This document shows positions 1 to 9,680 of a stretch of 64,000 bases of DNA, in pieces; the first letter of the stretch is position 1; each line of letters starts with the position of its first letter. The notes below the pieces were generated by a model. The model saw only the letters and a program-made list of their open reading frames with translations, was not told the origin of the DNA and did no database searches. Source of the stretch: Syntrophales bacterium (GTDB taxonomy: Bacteria; Desulfobacterota; Syntrophia; Syntrophales; UBA2210); contig CAXXNF010000002.1 of the NCBI GenBank assembly GCA_963666365.2, positions 1,568,001 through 1,632,000 on the forward strand. The letters are read 5' to 3'. Position numbers and translations under genes: made by a program.

Positions 1-1
1 C

Positions 2-373
2 ACGGTTCGTACCGGCGGTCGTGAGGAGATCCGCTGCCAGCTTCGCTGTAATCGGCGCCCGCGGCGCCGCCTTCCGATCCTGCCGCGCGTACCCGTAATA
101 GGGCATGACCGCTGTTACCCTGTCGGCGGAGGCTCTTTTCATGGCGTCGATCATGACGAGAAGTTCCATGAGATTTACATTGACGGGGTTTGAGGTTGAC
201 TGAACGATAAACACATCCATCCCTCGCACATTTTCATTGATCTCTACGCGAGTCTCCCCGTCGCTGAAGGTCGATACATTCGCCTTGCCCAGTCCGACTC
301 CTAGCTTTGCACAAATCTTCCTGGCCAGTTCTAGACTGGAATTACCTGAAAATATTCTCATCCTTTCGAGCAT
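2..373 (-). CDS. prs: Ribose-phosphate pyrophosphokinase, N-terminal part (runs off window start)
   Basis: Manual translation [21 protein letters not shown]...[16 protein letters not shown]...NLMELL...[11 protein letters not shown]; canonical ispE-tRNA-Gln-prs order. Confidence 0.95.
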   Translation of the reverse strand, partial: MLERMRIFSGNSSLELARKICAKLGVGLGKANVSTFSDGETRVEINENVRGMDVFIVQSTSNPVNVNLMELLVMIDAMKRASADRVTAVMPYYGYARQDRKAAPRAPITAKLAADLLTTAGTNR

Positions 374-395
374 TAGAGTAATCGCCTTCCAAGTC

Positions 396-470
396 TGGCT
401 GGGGCGGGAGGATTCGAACCTCCGAATGCAGGAACCAAAATCCTGTGTCTTACCGCTTGACGACGCCCCA
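396..470 (-). tRNA. tRNA-Gln(TTG)
   Basis: Reverse complement TGGGGCGTCGTCAAGCGGTAAGACACAGGATTTTGGTTCCTGCATTCGGAGGTTCGAATCCTCCCGCCCCAGCCA: cloverleaf, TTG anticodon, GGTTCGAATCC T-arm, CCA end. Confidence 0.97.
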
Positions 471-549
471 TTATTCTTTATCTTCTCCGGCAGAGCCCTT
501 TTTATCTCCTGTTGCCGTCATACAGGGCAAGAACCCGTCCTTAGACACA

Positions 550-1395
550 TTACAATGCATGAACGCTGCATGAAAAAGGGAACCCCTCTTCCCTCATTTC
601 ATTTTCGGCTTTTTCAGCATCCTCACTATTCGCATAGATACCGAATACGGTCGGACCGCTTCCCGACATCAAGACGCCGAGCGCACCCCCGGCCCGCAGA
701 CGACCCTTTATTTTCCGGATAACAGGACAGATCCTCTCCGATACCTCTTCAAGATCATTCTGCATCCCTTTCACAACCTGGGGTACTGTTTGAAGTCGCG
801 GGATGTTATATTGGATTGGCTGGTTTGTCAATCCATATTTTAATTCTTCATAGACTCGGCGGGTTGACAGTTCGACTCCCGGATTGACGAGGACGAAGAA
901 GAGTCGTGGGATGCCCTCCGCTTTCCGAAGACGCTCTCCCACCCCGAAGGCCCAGGCGGTCTCCTTGAAAATAAAAAAGGGGACGTCAGCCCCCAGTTTC
1001 ACTCCCATCTCTATCAGTTTTTCCCGGGAAACGCAGGCTTCCGTCATTTCATTCAAGGCAAGAAGGGTTGTCGCCGCATTTGAACTTCCTCCGCCAAGTC
1101 CTGCAGCAAGGGGAATATTTTTTTGTAGATTGATCTCAACCCCTTCCGGCCATCCGACATAGTCAAAAAACATTCGGGCGGCCCGAACTACAATATTCCC
1201 CTCATCCGTCGGAAGAGTTTTTTCAGAACAATGGAGTGTGATTCCCCGGTTTCGGGGAATAAATGTCATTTCATCACAAAGACTTATCCTCTCCATGAGG
1301 GTCGCCAGTTCATGATACCCGTCTTCCCGCTTCCCGAGAACTTTCAGGATGAGATTGACCTTCGCAGGAGACTGTCTGGAGATGACGCAGTTCAC
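550..1395 (-). CDS. ispE: 4-diphosphocytidyl-2-C-methyl-D-erythritol kinase
   Basis: PAKVNL, GYHEL, KNIPLAAGLGGGSSNAA, GADVPFF, MSGSG GHMP-kinase motifs. Confidence 0.95.
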   Translation of the reverse strand: MNCVISRQSPAKVNLILKVLGKREDGYHELATLMERISLCDEMTFIPRNRGITLHCSEKTLPTDEGNIVVRAARMFFDYVGWPEGVEINLQKNIPLAAGLGGGSSNAATTLLALNEMTEACVSREKLIEMGVKLGADVPFFIFKETAWAFGVGERLRKAEGIPRLFFVLVNPGVELSTRRVYEELKYGLTNQPIQYNIPRLQTVPQVVKGMQNDLEEVSERICPVIRKIKGRLRAGGALGVLMSGSGPTVFGIYANSEDAEKAENEMREEGFPFSCSVHAL

Positions 1396-1823
1396 TTCTC
1401 TTTCACATACCTCATACGCAACTCATAAAGAAGACCTTCAATAAGCTGTGCCTCGTTATCATCAAGATTTCCTCTGGTTTTATCTTTCAATAGCGCAAGG
1501 ATATCAATCATCTGCTTCGCCGCGGGAAGATTCTTTTCCTGCGTGCCCGTGGCCGGATCGGTCATATCGCCTAAATGAACGGCCGCCGATGTATAGAGCG
1601 AGATAATAAACCCTGCAAAATCAACCTCGGGCACCTGGGTGGATTGAGCTTTTGCCGGACCGGCGTCCGATTCCTCTTGTGGAGAGCTCTGAGACGTTTC
1701 CTTTTTTTCCGAGGGCCTGTCCCTTTCCTCCACGGCAGGCTCTTCCCCTTTGCCCTCCCCTTCTTCGCTGAAGATTCTTCGATCCTTTATTACAAATCCC
1801 TTGTCCTCTTTTTCCTCTGCCAT
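1392..1823 (-). CDS. DUF1844-like protein
   Basis: F..FIISL...A.VHLG, AKQMIDILALLKDKTRGNL, LLYELRMRYV pattern. Confidence 0.8.
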   Translation of the reverse strand: MAEEKEDKGFVIKDRRIFSEEGEGKGEEPAVEERDRPSEKKETSQSSPQEESDAGPAKAQSTQVPEVDFAGFIISLYTSAAVHLGDMTDPATGTQEKNLPAAKQMIDILALLKDKTRGNLDDNEAQLIEGLLYELRMRYVKEK

Positions 1824-1959
1824 GTCCCCCTCCGCATTGTAGGTATCATAGATTTATTTTTTGGCGGCCGCCGTCAAAGCATCGTGCCTTGTTTACCCTG
1901 TAAAACGTTTTTGTTTACTAGCACAAAGGACCTCAAATGTCCAAAAATCGATTAACACC

Positions 1960-2217
1960 GGTTGTATTTTTTGAAGCCGCTCTATCCGCTTTTCCATGGG
2001 AGGATGGGTGCTGAAAAGATTCATCATGGACTTAGCAGACAGAGGATTGACACTACACATATGTGCCGTCGAGGGCTTCGCCTCCCTCCTCGTCATCGCT
2101 CCCGCCGGCGCCGATAATCGCCGTCCACTGAGCCATATTTGCACGCATCATTACCGCGCCGGCTATGGTCGCCGCAATGGAACTCACCAGAGTATCTTTG
2201 TTTTTAAAGAAAGGCAT
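1960..2217 (-). pseudogene. htpX: htpX (M48 protease) remnant in two reading frames
   Basis: Frame 1 [42 protein letters not shown]; frame 2 [35 protein letters not shown]-terminus and HExxH absent. Confidence 0.75.
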
Positions 2218-2266
2218 CACAGGTTATGGGTTGTACCTGTCGCCCGCGGCCTATCGGCTATCCCTT

Positions 2267-4852
2267 CTACTTCTTTTTAAAGGTCATCTTCCCCTCTTCC
2301 ACGTCGACACGCACTTTGTCGCCTTCAGTAAAATCCCCTTCCAGGATCTTTGTCGCAAGGGTGTCTTCCACCAGCTTCTGCAGCGCCCTTTTGAGCGGCC
2401 GCGCACCATAGAGAGGATCGAAGCCCGCTTCGGCAATATACCGTTTCGCGCCCTCCGTCAGCTCCAGATCCATCTGCCGTGCCTGGAGACGTTTCTGAAT
2501 CTGGGCGATCTGAATATCGACAATATTGCCGATGTCATCCAGCGTCAAGGCCCTGAAGGTGATGATGTCGTCAATCCTGTTCAAAAACTCAGGCTTGAAG
2601 GTCGCCCTCAAGGCATCCATCGTCAGACGCTGCTGCTCGTCACGGCTGAGACTTGCGTCCTGCATCCATTGACCGCCGATATTGGACGTCATGATATTGA
2701 TCGTGTTCTTGAAATCGACCGTCCTTCCATGACCGTCGGTGAGTCGTCCGTCATCCAGGATCTGGAGCAGTATGTTAAACACATCGGGGTGCGCCTTTTC
2801 GATCTCGTCAAAGAGGAGCACCGAATAGGGACGCCTGCGCACCGCTTCGGTAAGGTATCCCCCTTCATCATATCCCACATATCCCGGAGGCGCGCCGATC
2901 AGCCGGGCCACGGAGTGTTTCTCCATGAATTCGGACATGTCGATTCTGATCATGGCCTGCTCGTCGTCAAACATAAACTCTGCAAGGGCCTTGCTGAGTT
3001 CGGTTTTTCCCACACCGGTGGGGCCCATAAAGATAAACGATCCGATGGGCCGATTCGGGTCCTGCAACCCGGAGCGGGCTCTCCTCAGGGCGTTCGATAC
3101 CACACCGATGGCCTCATCCTGTCCTACCACCCGCAACGTGAGGCGTTCTTCCATATGGAGCAGTTTCTGCACATCACTCTCCATCATTCTCGCCACCGGG
3201 ACACCGGTCCAGTTCGCCACCACCTCGGCCACATCCTCGGCATCCACCTCTTCCTTCAGCGTCTGCGCGTCCTTCTGAAGCTCGGCCAGTTTCGCCAGTT
3301 TGGTTTCAAGGTCCCTGCCAAGCTGCACCAGGGTTCCATAGCGAATCTCCGCCGCTCTGGCCAGATTTCCTTCACGCTGTGCGGCCTGTTCCGCCGTCTT
3401 CAGCTCTTCTATCTTTTCCTTGATTGTCTGAATTCCCTTTATGGCATCCTTTTCCCTGGACCAGTGCAGTTTCATCCCGTCGCGGGATTCCTTAAGACCG
3501 GCCAGCTCCTTTTCTATCTTTGCAAGCCTCCCCTTTGAAGTCTTGTCCGATTCCTTCTTGAGAGATTCGGCCTCTATCTGAAGCTGCAGAATCTTTCGCT
3601 CAATCACATCGATTTCCGCGGGCATGCTGTCCAGTTCGATACGAAGGCGCGATGCCGACTCATCGATTAGATCAACGGCCTTATCGGGAAGGAAGCGGTC
3701 GCTTATGTAGCGGTCCGAAAGGGTTGCCGCGGCAATTATTGCAGGATCCTTGATTCTGACGCCATGGTGCACTTCGTAGCGCTCCTTGAGCCCTCTCAAT
3801 ATGGCGATGGTATCCTCCACGCTCGGCTCCTGCACCAAAATGGGTTGAAAACGACGCTCCAGAGCGGCATCTTTTTCTATGTATTTCCTGTACTCGTTCA
3901 GTGTGGTGGCGCCCACACAGCGAAGCTCGCCTCTCGCCAGCGCCGGTTTGAGCATATTGGACGCATCGACGGCGCCTTCCGCCGCACCGGCGCCCACCAT
4001 TGTATGCAGCTCATCAATAAAGAGAATAATTTCACCGCCTGCGTCCGTCACTTCTTTCAGAACGGCTTTGAGACGGTCTTCAAACTCTCCCCGGTATTTC
4101 GCGCCTGCGATGAGCGCACCCATATCGAGACCGAGAACCTTTTTATTTTTCAGGCTGTCGGGCACGTCGCCGTTCACGATCCTCTGGGCGAGACCTTCGA
4201 CGATGGCGGTTTTCCCCACGCCGGGATCTCCTATCAGAACGGGATTATTTTTTGTCCGCCGGGAGAGCACCTGCATAATGCGCCTGATCTCGCTGTCCCT
4301 GCCAATGACGGGATCAAATCCTCCTTTGCGCGCAACCTCATTGAAATCGCGGGCAAACCGCTTCAACGCCTGATATTTGTCTTCCGGATTCGGATCAGTG
4401 ATCCGCTGGCCGCCTCTGATCTCGACAAGAATCTTCAGCAAGGCGTCTTTGGTCACCCCATGACTCAAAAGTATCCCGGCAGCATCTCCTCCCTTTGTAT
4501 CGACAATCGCAATCAGCACATGTTCGACGCTGACATACTCGTCCTTGAGGCGGGCCGCTTCGACGAGGGCCTTGTCAACTACCTCCTTCAGCCGCGGCGT
4601 CATATATACCTGTCCCGCACCTGCGCCGGACACGGAGGGCATCTTCTCCAGCACCTTCACCAGCTCCCTGTCTATGATCGCCGGTTCCACGCCGATCTTT
4701 TTCAGGATCTCAGGCACGATTCCCTCCGGCTGCTGTGTCAGCGCCAGCAGAATGTGCTCCGCATCGATGCCCTGGTGGCCGTAAGCGGCGCCCAGTTTTT
4801 CCGCTTCCTGAAAGGCTTCTTGAAGTTTCAGCGTAAATTTATCAAATCTCAT
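2267..4852 (-). CDS. clpB: ATP-dependent chaperone ClpB
   Basis: 861 aa, two AAA modules ([16 protein letters not shown]), long coiled-coil M domain. Confidence 0.97.
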   Translation of the reverse strand: MRFDKFTLKLQEAFQEAEKLGAAYGHQGIDAEHILLALTQQPEGIVPEILKKIGVEPAIIDRELVKVLEKMPSVSGAGAGQVYMTPRLKEVVDKALVEAARLKDEYVSVEHVLIAIVDTKGGDAAGILLSHGVTKDALLKILVEIRGGQRITDPNPEDKYQALKRFARDFNEVARKGGFDPVIGRDSEIRRIMQVLSRRTKNNPVLIGDPGVGKTAIVEGLAQRIVNGDVPDSLKNKKVLGLDMGALIAGAKYRGEFEDRLKAVLKEVTDAGGEIILFIDELHTMVGAGAAEGAVDASNMLKPALARGELRCVGATTLNEYRKYIEKDAALERRFQPILVQEPSVEDTIAILRGLKERYEVHHGVRIKDPAIIAAATLSDRYISDRFLPDKAVDLIDESASRLRIELDSMPAEIDVIERKILQLQIEAESLKKESDKTSKGRLAKIEKELAGLKESRDGMKLHWSREKDAIKGIQTIKEKIEELKTAEQAAQREGNLARAAEIRYGTLVQLGRDLETKLAKLAELQKDAQTLKEEVDAEDVAEVVANWTGVPVARMMESDVQKLLHMEERLTLRVVGQDEAIGVVSNALRRARSGLQDPNRPIGSFIFMGPTGVGKTELSKALAEFMFDDEQAMIRIDMSEFMEKHSVARLIGAPPGYVGYDEGGYLTEAVRRRPYSVLLFDEIEKAHPDVFNILLQILDDGRLTDGHGRTVDFKNTINIMTSNIGGQWMQDASLSRDEQQRLTMDALRATFKPEFLNRIDDIITFRALTLDDIGNIVDIQIAQIQKRLQARQMDLELTEGAKRYIAEAGFDPLYGARPLKRALQKLVEDTLATKILEGDFTEGDKVRVDVEEGKMTFKKK

Positions 4853-4864
4853 AACTCCTCCCTG

Positions 4865-5743
4865 TTATCCGAGGGCTTTTTCAATATCGACGAATATCTT
4901 TCCTTTTCGAAAAACTCTTACGGTTCCCGTGGATTCGGAAACGACCACGGCGATGGCATTGGTCACATTTGTAATGCCGGCGGCAACAATGTGCCGGCTC
5001 CCAAGTCCCTTGGGAAATTCCTTGCCGCTTTCCAGGGCAACATTCAGATGCCTGCCTGCGGTAATGAGCACGCCGTTTTCTTTTATCACGAAGGCGCCGT
5101 CCAACGCCGAAAACTCCTTGATCGTTTCCTTCAGGTCGCGATCCATGATATTCCGTTCGTCTTCACTGTACCCCATGAAGGGGTTGATGATCATCTGTCT
5201 GGATAATTCCATCACCTTTTCATGATCGCCGATCACAAAAATCGTACCCACCGGCCGTCCTTCCCTCCCCTGTGCGGCCAGTTCGAGGGCCACATTCAGA
5301 ACAGCCTCAAAGACCTCCGGCTGAATCCCCTCAAAAATACTTGAGATGTCCTCGGACGCCAATATTTCAAATTCGCTGTCCACATCGACTACAAAGATAT
5401 TCTCTATATAGTCGAGCTTGGGCGAGCCGGTAAGGCAGACCATTTTATCCTCCGGTCCGAACATGCCCGCCGCCAATCCCTTGATAATGGCGATCTTCAT
5501 TTGACTGACAGGGGTCACGTTCACATTCGGAATCGCGATCATCTTCCCGAAATCCCCCTCGGGGGCTTCATCTTCCCGTTGCCTTTTCCAGACTAGGACA
5601 ATCCGGGAACGCACCTCCTCATCTTCCAGTGTCAACTGTTCCTGGACAACATCGCTGCTGATCAGTATTGCCTTTGCATTCAACGCCTTTGCAAAGGTGA
5701 CCGCAAAATTCATTACCACCGTATTGACGGAGTTCATGGGCAT
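4865..5743 (-). CDS. Diadenylate cyclase (DisA_N/DAC domain, DacZ-like architecture)
   Basis: REGRPVGT, LDGAFVI, GLGSRH, VVSESTG DAC motifs after an N-terminal extra domain. Confidence 0.85.
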   Translation of the reverse strand: MPMNSVNTVVMNFAVTFAKALNAKAILISSDVVQEQLTLEDEEVRSRIVLVWKRQREDEAPEGDFGKMIAIPNVNVTPVSQMKIAIIKGLAAGMFGPEDKMVCLTGSPKLDYIENIFVVDVDSEFEILASEDISSIFEGIQPEVFEAVLNVALELAAQGREGRPVGTIFVIGDHEKVMELSRQMIINPFMGYSEDERNIMDRDLKETIKEFSALDGAFVIKENGVLITAGRHLNVALESGKEFPKGLGSRHIVAAGITNVTNAIAVVVSESTGTVRVFRKGKIFVDIEKALG

Positions 5744-5790
5744 CCCCTCGGATATGTCTATTGTATCGTCATTTCAAATTCTTCGCCCCT

Positions 5791-5819
5791 AATGTAAGCA
5801 CCTGTCAGCGCTCTGTCAA
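5791..5819 (-). promoter_or_regulatory. Sigma70-type promoter for the DAC-clpB unit
   Basis: Minus strand TTGACA-17 nt-TACATT about 50 nt upstream of the DAC start. Confidence 0.6.
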
Positions 5820-6042
5820 GATGCGCGGCCTATCGGTAAATCCCGATGTGGTAAGAGCATAGGCCTCCGGATGAAGGGATTTTTATGAAAAAAAATGGCG
5901 GGGAGGAAAAAGAGAGGGACGCGCCGGAACCTCTGAAACACCTTTTATATCGCCGTGCAAAAACCCTGCGCAACGGCACGGCCCTCTCAGGTATGGTCAC
6001 CCCCATGCTGAATAGACAGGACAGGGAGGGTATGTTTGTTTT

Positions 6043-6077
6043 CCCGGGTTTGCCCATCCTTCGACGGCAAACCCGGG
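6043..6077 (-). terminator. Hairpin, likely terminator of binding protein 1
   Basis: 12-bp stem CCCGGGTTTGCC/GGCAAACCCGGG just past the stop; no clear U-tract on the minus strand. Confidence 0.5.
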
Positions 6078-6086
6078 ACAAAGAAA

Positions 6087-7430
6087 CTATTTCTTACATC
6101 TGTCCAGGTCCTCGGGAATCGGGGGCATGCAATACATGGCATCGATACGTATCGCCTTTCCATAGCTTGCGCCCTTTTCATCCCACTTGTTGGGAAACTC
6201 GAACTGCGTCACGAACATATCCCTGATTGCCTGGTGGTCGCAGGCCCGCATCTTCAGCTTGCCTACCAGACCGATATATTCGTCGCCTTCCCAGGTAGCG
6301 ATGATTTTTTCAGGGTCCGTGGTGCCGGCCCGTTCGATCACGTCGAACATCCAGTAGGTCGCATCGACACAACGCCCGAAGATGGTCACGGGCCATATCC
6401 ACTGGCTGTCGTCATAAGGCGGCGTCCAGTTGTCGGACGATTTGTGCCACACCTCTACAAAGGCTTTGTTCTGAGGGGTTTCCACGCTTACCATATAATC
6501 ATTGCCGTTGATCATGATCTCACCGGCGGGACCACCGATCGAATCCAGGGCGGGACGGTTATCTATATAGATGTTTGCAATGGGAAGTTTCATCCCCATT
6601 CCCACGGCCTGTTTCAACATTGTCGGTCCGTCCGGCGTCCAGTCGCCGGAGAAGATCACCTCGGCCCCTGCACCCTGCACCTTGGTCAGGTAGGGAGCAA
6701 AATCTTTCAGGAACAGGGGATGATAGGCTTCGCCGACGATGACGGCATCGGGCTTATGCTTCTTCAAGCCTCTTTTGAATCCTTCCGCCATGTCGTGTCC
6801 ATAGGAGTAATCCTGATTGAGGATATAGAATTTCTTCTCCGGACGCCGCGCAAAATAGTAGGCCATGCCTTCGCCGAACACATGCGTGTTCAGACAGGTC
6901 CGGAACGTATAGCGGTTGAAGTTTTTACCGTCCATAAGCGCTGGCGAAAGGGACATGGGATTGTGATAAATGGTCTTGTATTTTTCCGCCACTTTCTGGA
7001 TGACGAGACAGATATGGCTCCCTGCAGCGCCCCAAAGCACATTCACCTTGTCTTCAAGACAAAGTTTCTCAGCCTCTTTCTTGGTTGCGGAGGGTTTCGC
7101 CTGGGTATCACCCTTGATTACTTCGATCATCTTTTTTTTGCCGTCCACCATGATACCGCCCCGCTTATTCAATTCATAGGCGTTCCATGTCGTTGTCAAC
7201 CAGTAGTAGCGACCATTCGCGGCTGCAGGCCCCGAAAAGGCCTCCATAAGACCGATTTTGAACGTATCGCCCTTGGGGAATGTAACCGTTGCCGGATCAT
7301 ATCCGCTCATATCCGCTATTTTTGAGGGATCGAATGCGGGAATCGCCGATGATGACCCTGGAAGCACTGCCCCCCACAGAAGAAACAGCCCCAGACAAAC
7401 AACCAGTGCCACGCCTTTCAAATTCTTCAT
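6087..7430 (-). CDS. ABC substrate-binding protein, LivK/branched-chain family (paralog 1)
   Basis: Signal peptide, KIGLMEAFSGP, NQDYSYGH, KDFAPYLTKV, MRACDHQ; start moved to MKNLKG after a GGAG RBS. Confidence 0.88.
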   Translation of the reverse strand: MKNLKGVALVVCLGLFLLWGAVLPGSSSAIPAFDPSKIADMSGYDPATVTFPKGDTFKIGLMEAFSGPAAANGRYYWLTTTWNAYELNKRGGIMVDGKKKMIEVIKGDTQAKPSATKKEAEKLCLEDKVNVLWGAAGSHICLVIQKVAEKYKTIYHNPMSLSPALMDGKNFNRYTFRTCLNTHVFGEGMAYYFARRPEKKFYILNQDYSYGHDMAEGFKRGLKKHKPDAVIVGEAYHPLFLKDFAPYLTKVQGAGAEVIFSGDWTPDGPTMLKQAVGMGMKLPIANIYIDNRPALDSIGGPAGEIMINGNDYMVSVETPQNKAFVEVWHKSSDNWTPPYDDSQWIWPVTIFGRCVDATYWMFDVIERAGTTDPEKIIATWEGDEYIGLVGKLKMRACDHQAIRDMFVTQFEFPNKWDEKGASYGKAIRIDAMYCMPPIPEDLDRCKK

Positions 7431-7874
7431 AGATACCACTCCTTTCTCCGTAAATGACCGATACCTTCGTTCAGCAGCATGACTTGCCACCTCACACTTC
7501 ATGCGTCGCATACCGTTCGCACTGTACCCTCTTCTTTTTTAACTGCTCCTTTGGAAAAGATCGCGAATGCCACGACAGGCCCTTTTTTATCCCACGGATC
7601 CTCCAAAACCTTAGAACCGATGGTTTATTGTATGAGATATATCACCTTTTGGCACATATACACAAGTCGCAGGAAAAGAAAATATCGGTTTTATACCTGT
7701 TTTTTATCTAGATCGGCTAGATAGATGGAATTACACAGAGAGGAGAAAGAGGGGATCGCGTCCGACAACACTAGGGTATCGCATGAGTAACCGACTTAAA
7801 TCAAAGAAGATAACGCAACCCCCTCGGATATGTAAGATATAGAGCTGTTGTTCGCCCCCGGATGGGGCGATTTA

Positions 7875-7922
7875 TTCGTTACCCCGGTTCCGCCGATGAA
7901 AGGCGGTCACCGGGGTAACGAA
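7875..7922 (-). terminator. Hairpin, likely terminator of binding protein 2
   Basis: 14-bp outer stem TTCGTTACCCCGGT/ACCGGGGTAACGAA 5 nt past the stop. Confidence 0.55.
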
Positions 7923-7927
7923 GATCC

Positions 7928-9271
7928 TTACTTACATCTGTCCAGATCGGCGGGAACCGACGGAGTACAGAATTTCGCCGGAATCACTGTCGGGTTGCCG
8001 TAGCTGGCGCCCTTGTCATGCCATTTGTTGGGGAATTCGAACTGGGTAACGAAGATATCCCTGATCGCCTGGTGGTCGCAGGCCCTCATCTTTAACTTGC
8101 CCACCAGACCGATATACTCATCGCCTTCCCAGGTGGCGATAATTTTTTCGGGGTCCGTGGAACCCGCCCGTTCAACCACGTCAAAGAACCAATAGGCCGA
8201 ATCGATACAACGTCCGAATATGGTAACGGGCCAGAGGAACTCGTCCGTTTCGTAAGGGGCGCTCCAGTTTTTCTGCGAAGCATGCCAGGATTTAATCACT
8301 GCCTCGTTTTGCGGGGTTTCCACACTTACCATGTAATCGTTGCCGTTGAACATGATCGTACCGGTAGGCCCGCCGATCATCTCCATGAGCGGCCGATTGT
8401 CTATGTAAATGTTGGCGACGGGCAGCTTCAAGCCCATTTGTACGGCCTGCTTCACCAGATTGAATCCGTCCGGCGTCCAGTCTCCCGTGAAGATGACCTC
8501 GGCCCCGGCGCCCTGCACCTTGGTAATGTAGGGGGCAAAGTCCTTCAGAAAGAGCGGATGGAATGCCTCGCCGACCACTACTGCATCGGGATTGTATTTC
8601 TTCAAGGCGGCTTTGAAAATAGCCGCAAGCTCGTGTCCATAGGAATAATCCTGATTCAGGATGTAGAACTTCTTTTCCGGCCGTTTGGAATAGTAGTAGG
8701 CCATGGCAAGACCGAAGGTCTCTGTATTGAGACAGCTTCTGAAGGTATAGCGGTTGAAATTCTTGGCGTCCAGAAGCGCAACCGACAGAGACGTGGGAAT
8801 GTGGAACATGGTTTTATATTTTTTTGCAACACTGGCTATGACGGCACAGAGATGACTGGCCGAGGTCCCCACGAGCACGTTCACCTTGTCCTCAAGGCAG
8901 AGTTTTTCGGCTTCTTTCTTTGTAATCGCCGGTTTCGCCTGGGTATCGCCCTTGATAAGCTGAATCTTTTTCATCTTTCCGTCTACTTTTATGCCGCCCC
9001 GCTTGTTGAGATCGTGGACGACCCAGGAGTTCGTCAGCCAGTAATACTTCCCGTTGGCCGCTGCCGGTCCTGAAAAAGGCTCCATAAGGCCTATTTTAAA
9101 GGTATCCCCATCTGTGGGAAACACGGGATTTATCGGATCGAAATCGGACATGTCCGACAGTTTTGCTGCATCGAATGCCGGAATCGCGCCCGCCGAAGCA
9201 GGAAGGAACATCCCGCACATAAGAAACAATCCCAGACAAACAATCAGTGCCACCTCTTTGAAACGTCTCAT
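7928..9271 (-). CDS. ABC substrate-binding protein, LivK/branched-chain family (paralog 2)
   Basis: Same motifs and same 1344-nt length as paralog 1; start MRRFKE after a GGAG RBS. Confidence 0.88.
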   Translation of the reverse strand: MRRFKEVALIVCLGLFLMCGMFLPASAGAIPAFDAAKLSDMSDFDPINPVFPTDGDTFKIGLMEPFSGPAAANGKYYWLTNSWVVHDLNKRGGIKVDGKMKKIQLIKGDTQAKPAITKKEAEKLCLEDKVNVLVGTSASHLCAVIASVAKKYKTMFHIPTSLSVALLDAKNFNRYTFRSCLNTETFGLAMAYYYSKRPEKKFYILNQDYSYGHELAAIFKAALKKYNPDAVVVGEAFHPLFLKDFAPYITKVQGAGAEVIFTGDWTPDGFNLVKQAVQMGLKLPVANIYIDNRPLMEMIGGPTGTIMFNGNDYMVSVETPQNEAVIKSWHASQKNWSAPYETDEFLWPVTIFGRCIDSAYWFFDVVERAGSTDPEKIIATWEGDEYIGLVGKLKMRACDHQAIRDIFVTQFEFPNKWHDKGASYGNPTVIPAKFCTPSVPADLDRCK

Positions 9272-9680
9272 ACAATACTCCTTTCTCAATACATTACGTA
9301 AGTTCGCGTTCAAAAACCTCCGACACTTCACAGACCGCCCTTCATCACAGACCCTCCGTGCCCTGCGATTCAAAAGACGTTTTCAGAGGAAGGTGAACGC
9401 ATTGGTAAGGCGCCTCGCCCTATGTACATCCTTATTTCACTCAGGTTGTATCATCCACACTACTAGAGATACTAACCGTCGGCATAAATACACAAGTCGA
9501 AGGAAAATGAAATATGTGATTTTTGACTGGTTACTATCTATGCAAAATAGATATTCACATAGGAACAGAGAGGCAAAAGAGGGGATTACGCTCCGGCCGA
9601 ACTTTAAATGTTTGACAGGGTAAAAGGGAAGCGGTAAGAAGGATGAAGTTTTTGTGGCATCGACCATTGAGGGAGAAGAA

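Noticed and set aside
2165..5206. Long plus-strand ORFs (457 and 480 aa) opposite clpB, and similar antisense ORFs at 6036, 16476, 25039, 28904, 41511 and 49192
   Set aside because: Antisense shadows of well-supported genes, with no recognisable motifs
5795..5815. CIRCE/HrcA operator upstream of DAC-clpB
   Set aside because: AAGCAC...AGCGCT does not fit TTAGCACTC-N9-GAGTGCTAA in sequence or spacing
7649..7670. Sigma54 promoter at TTGGCAC
   Set aside because: No TTGC at the -12 position, and wrong strand for the adjacent gene
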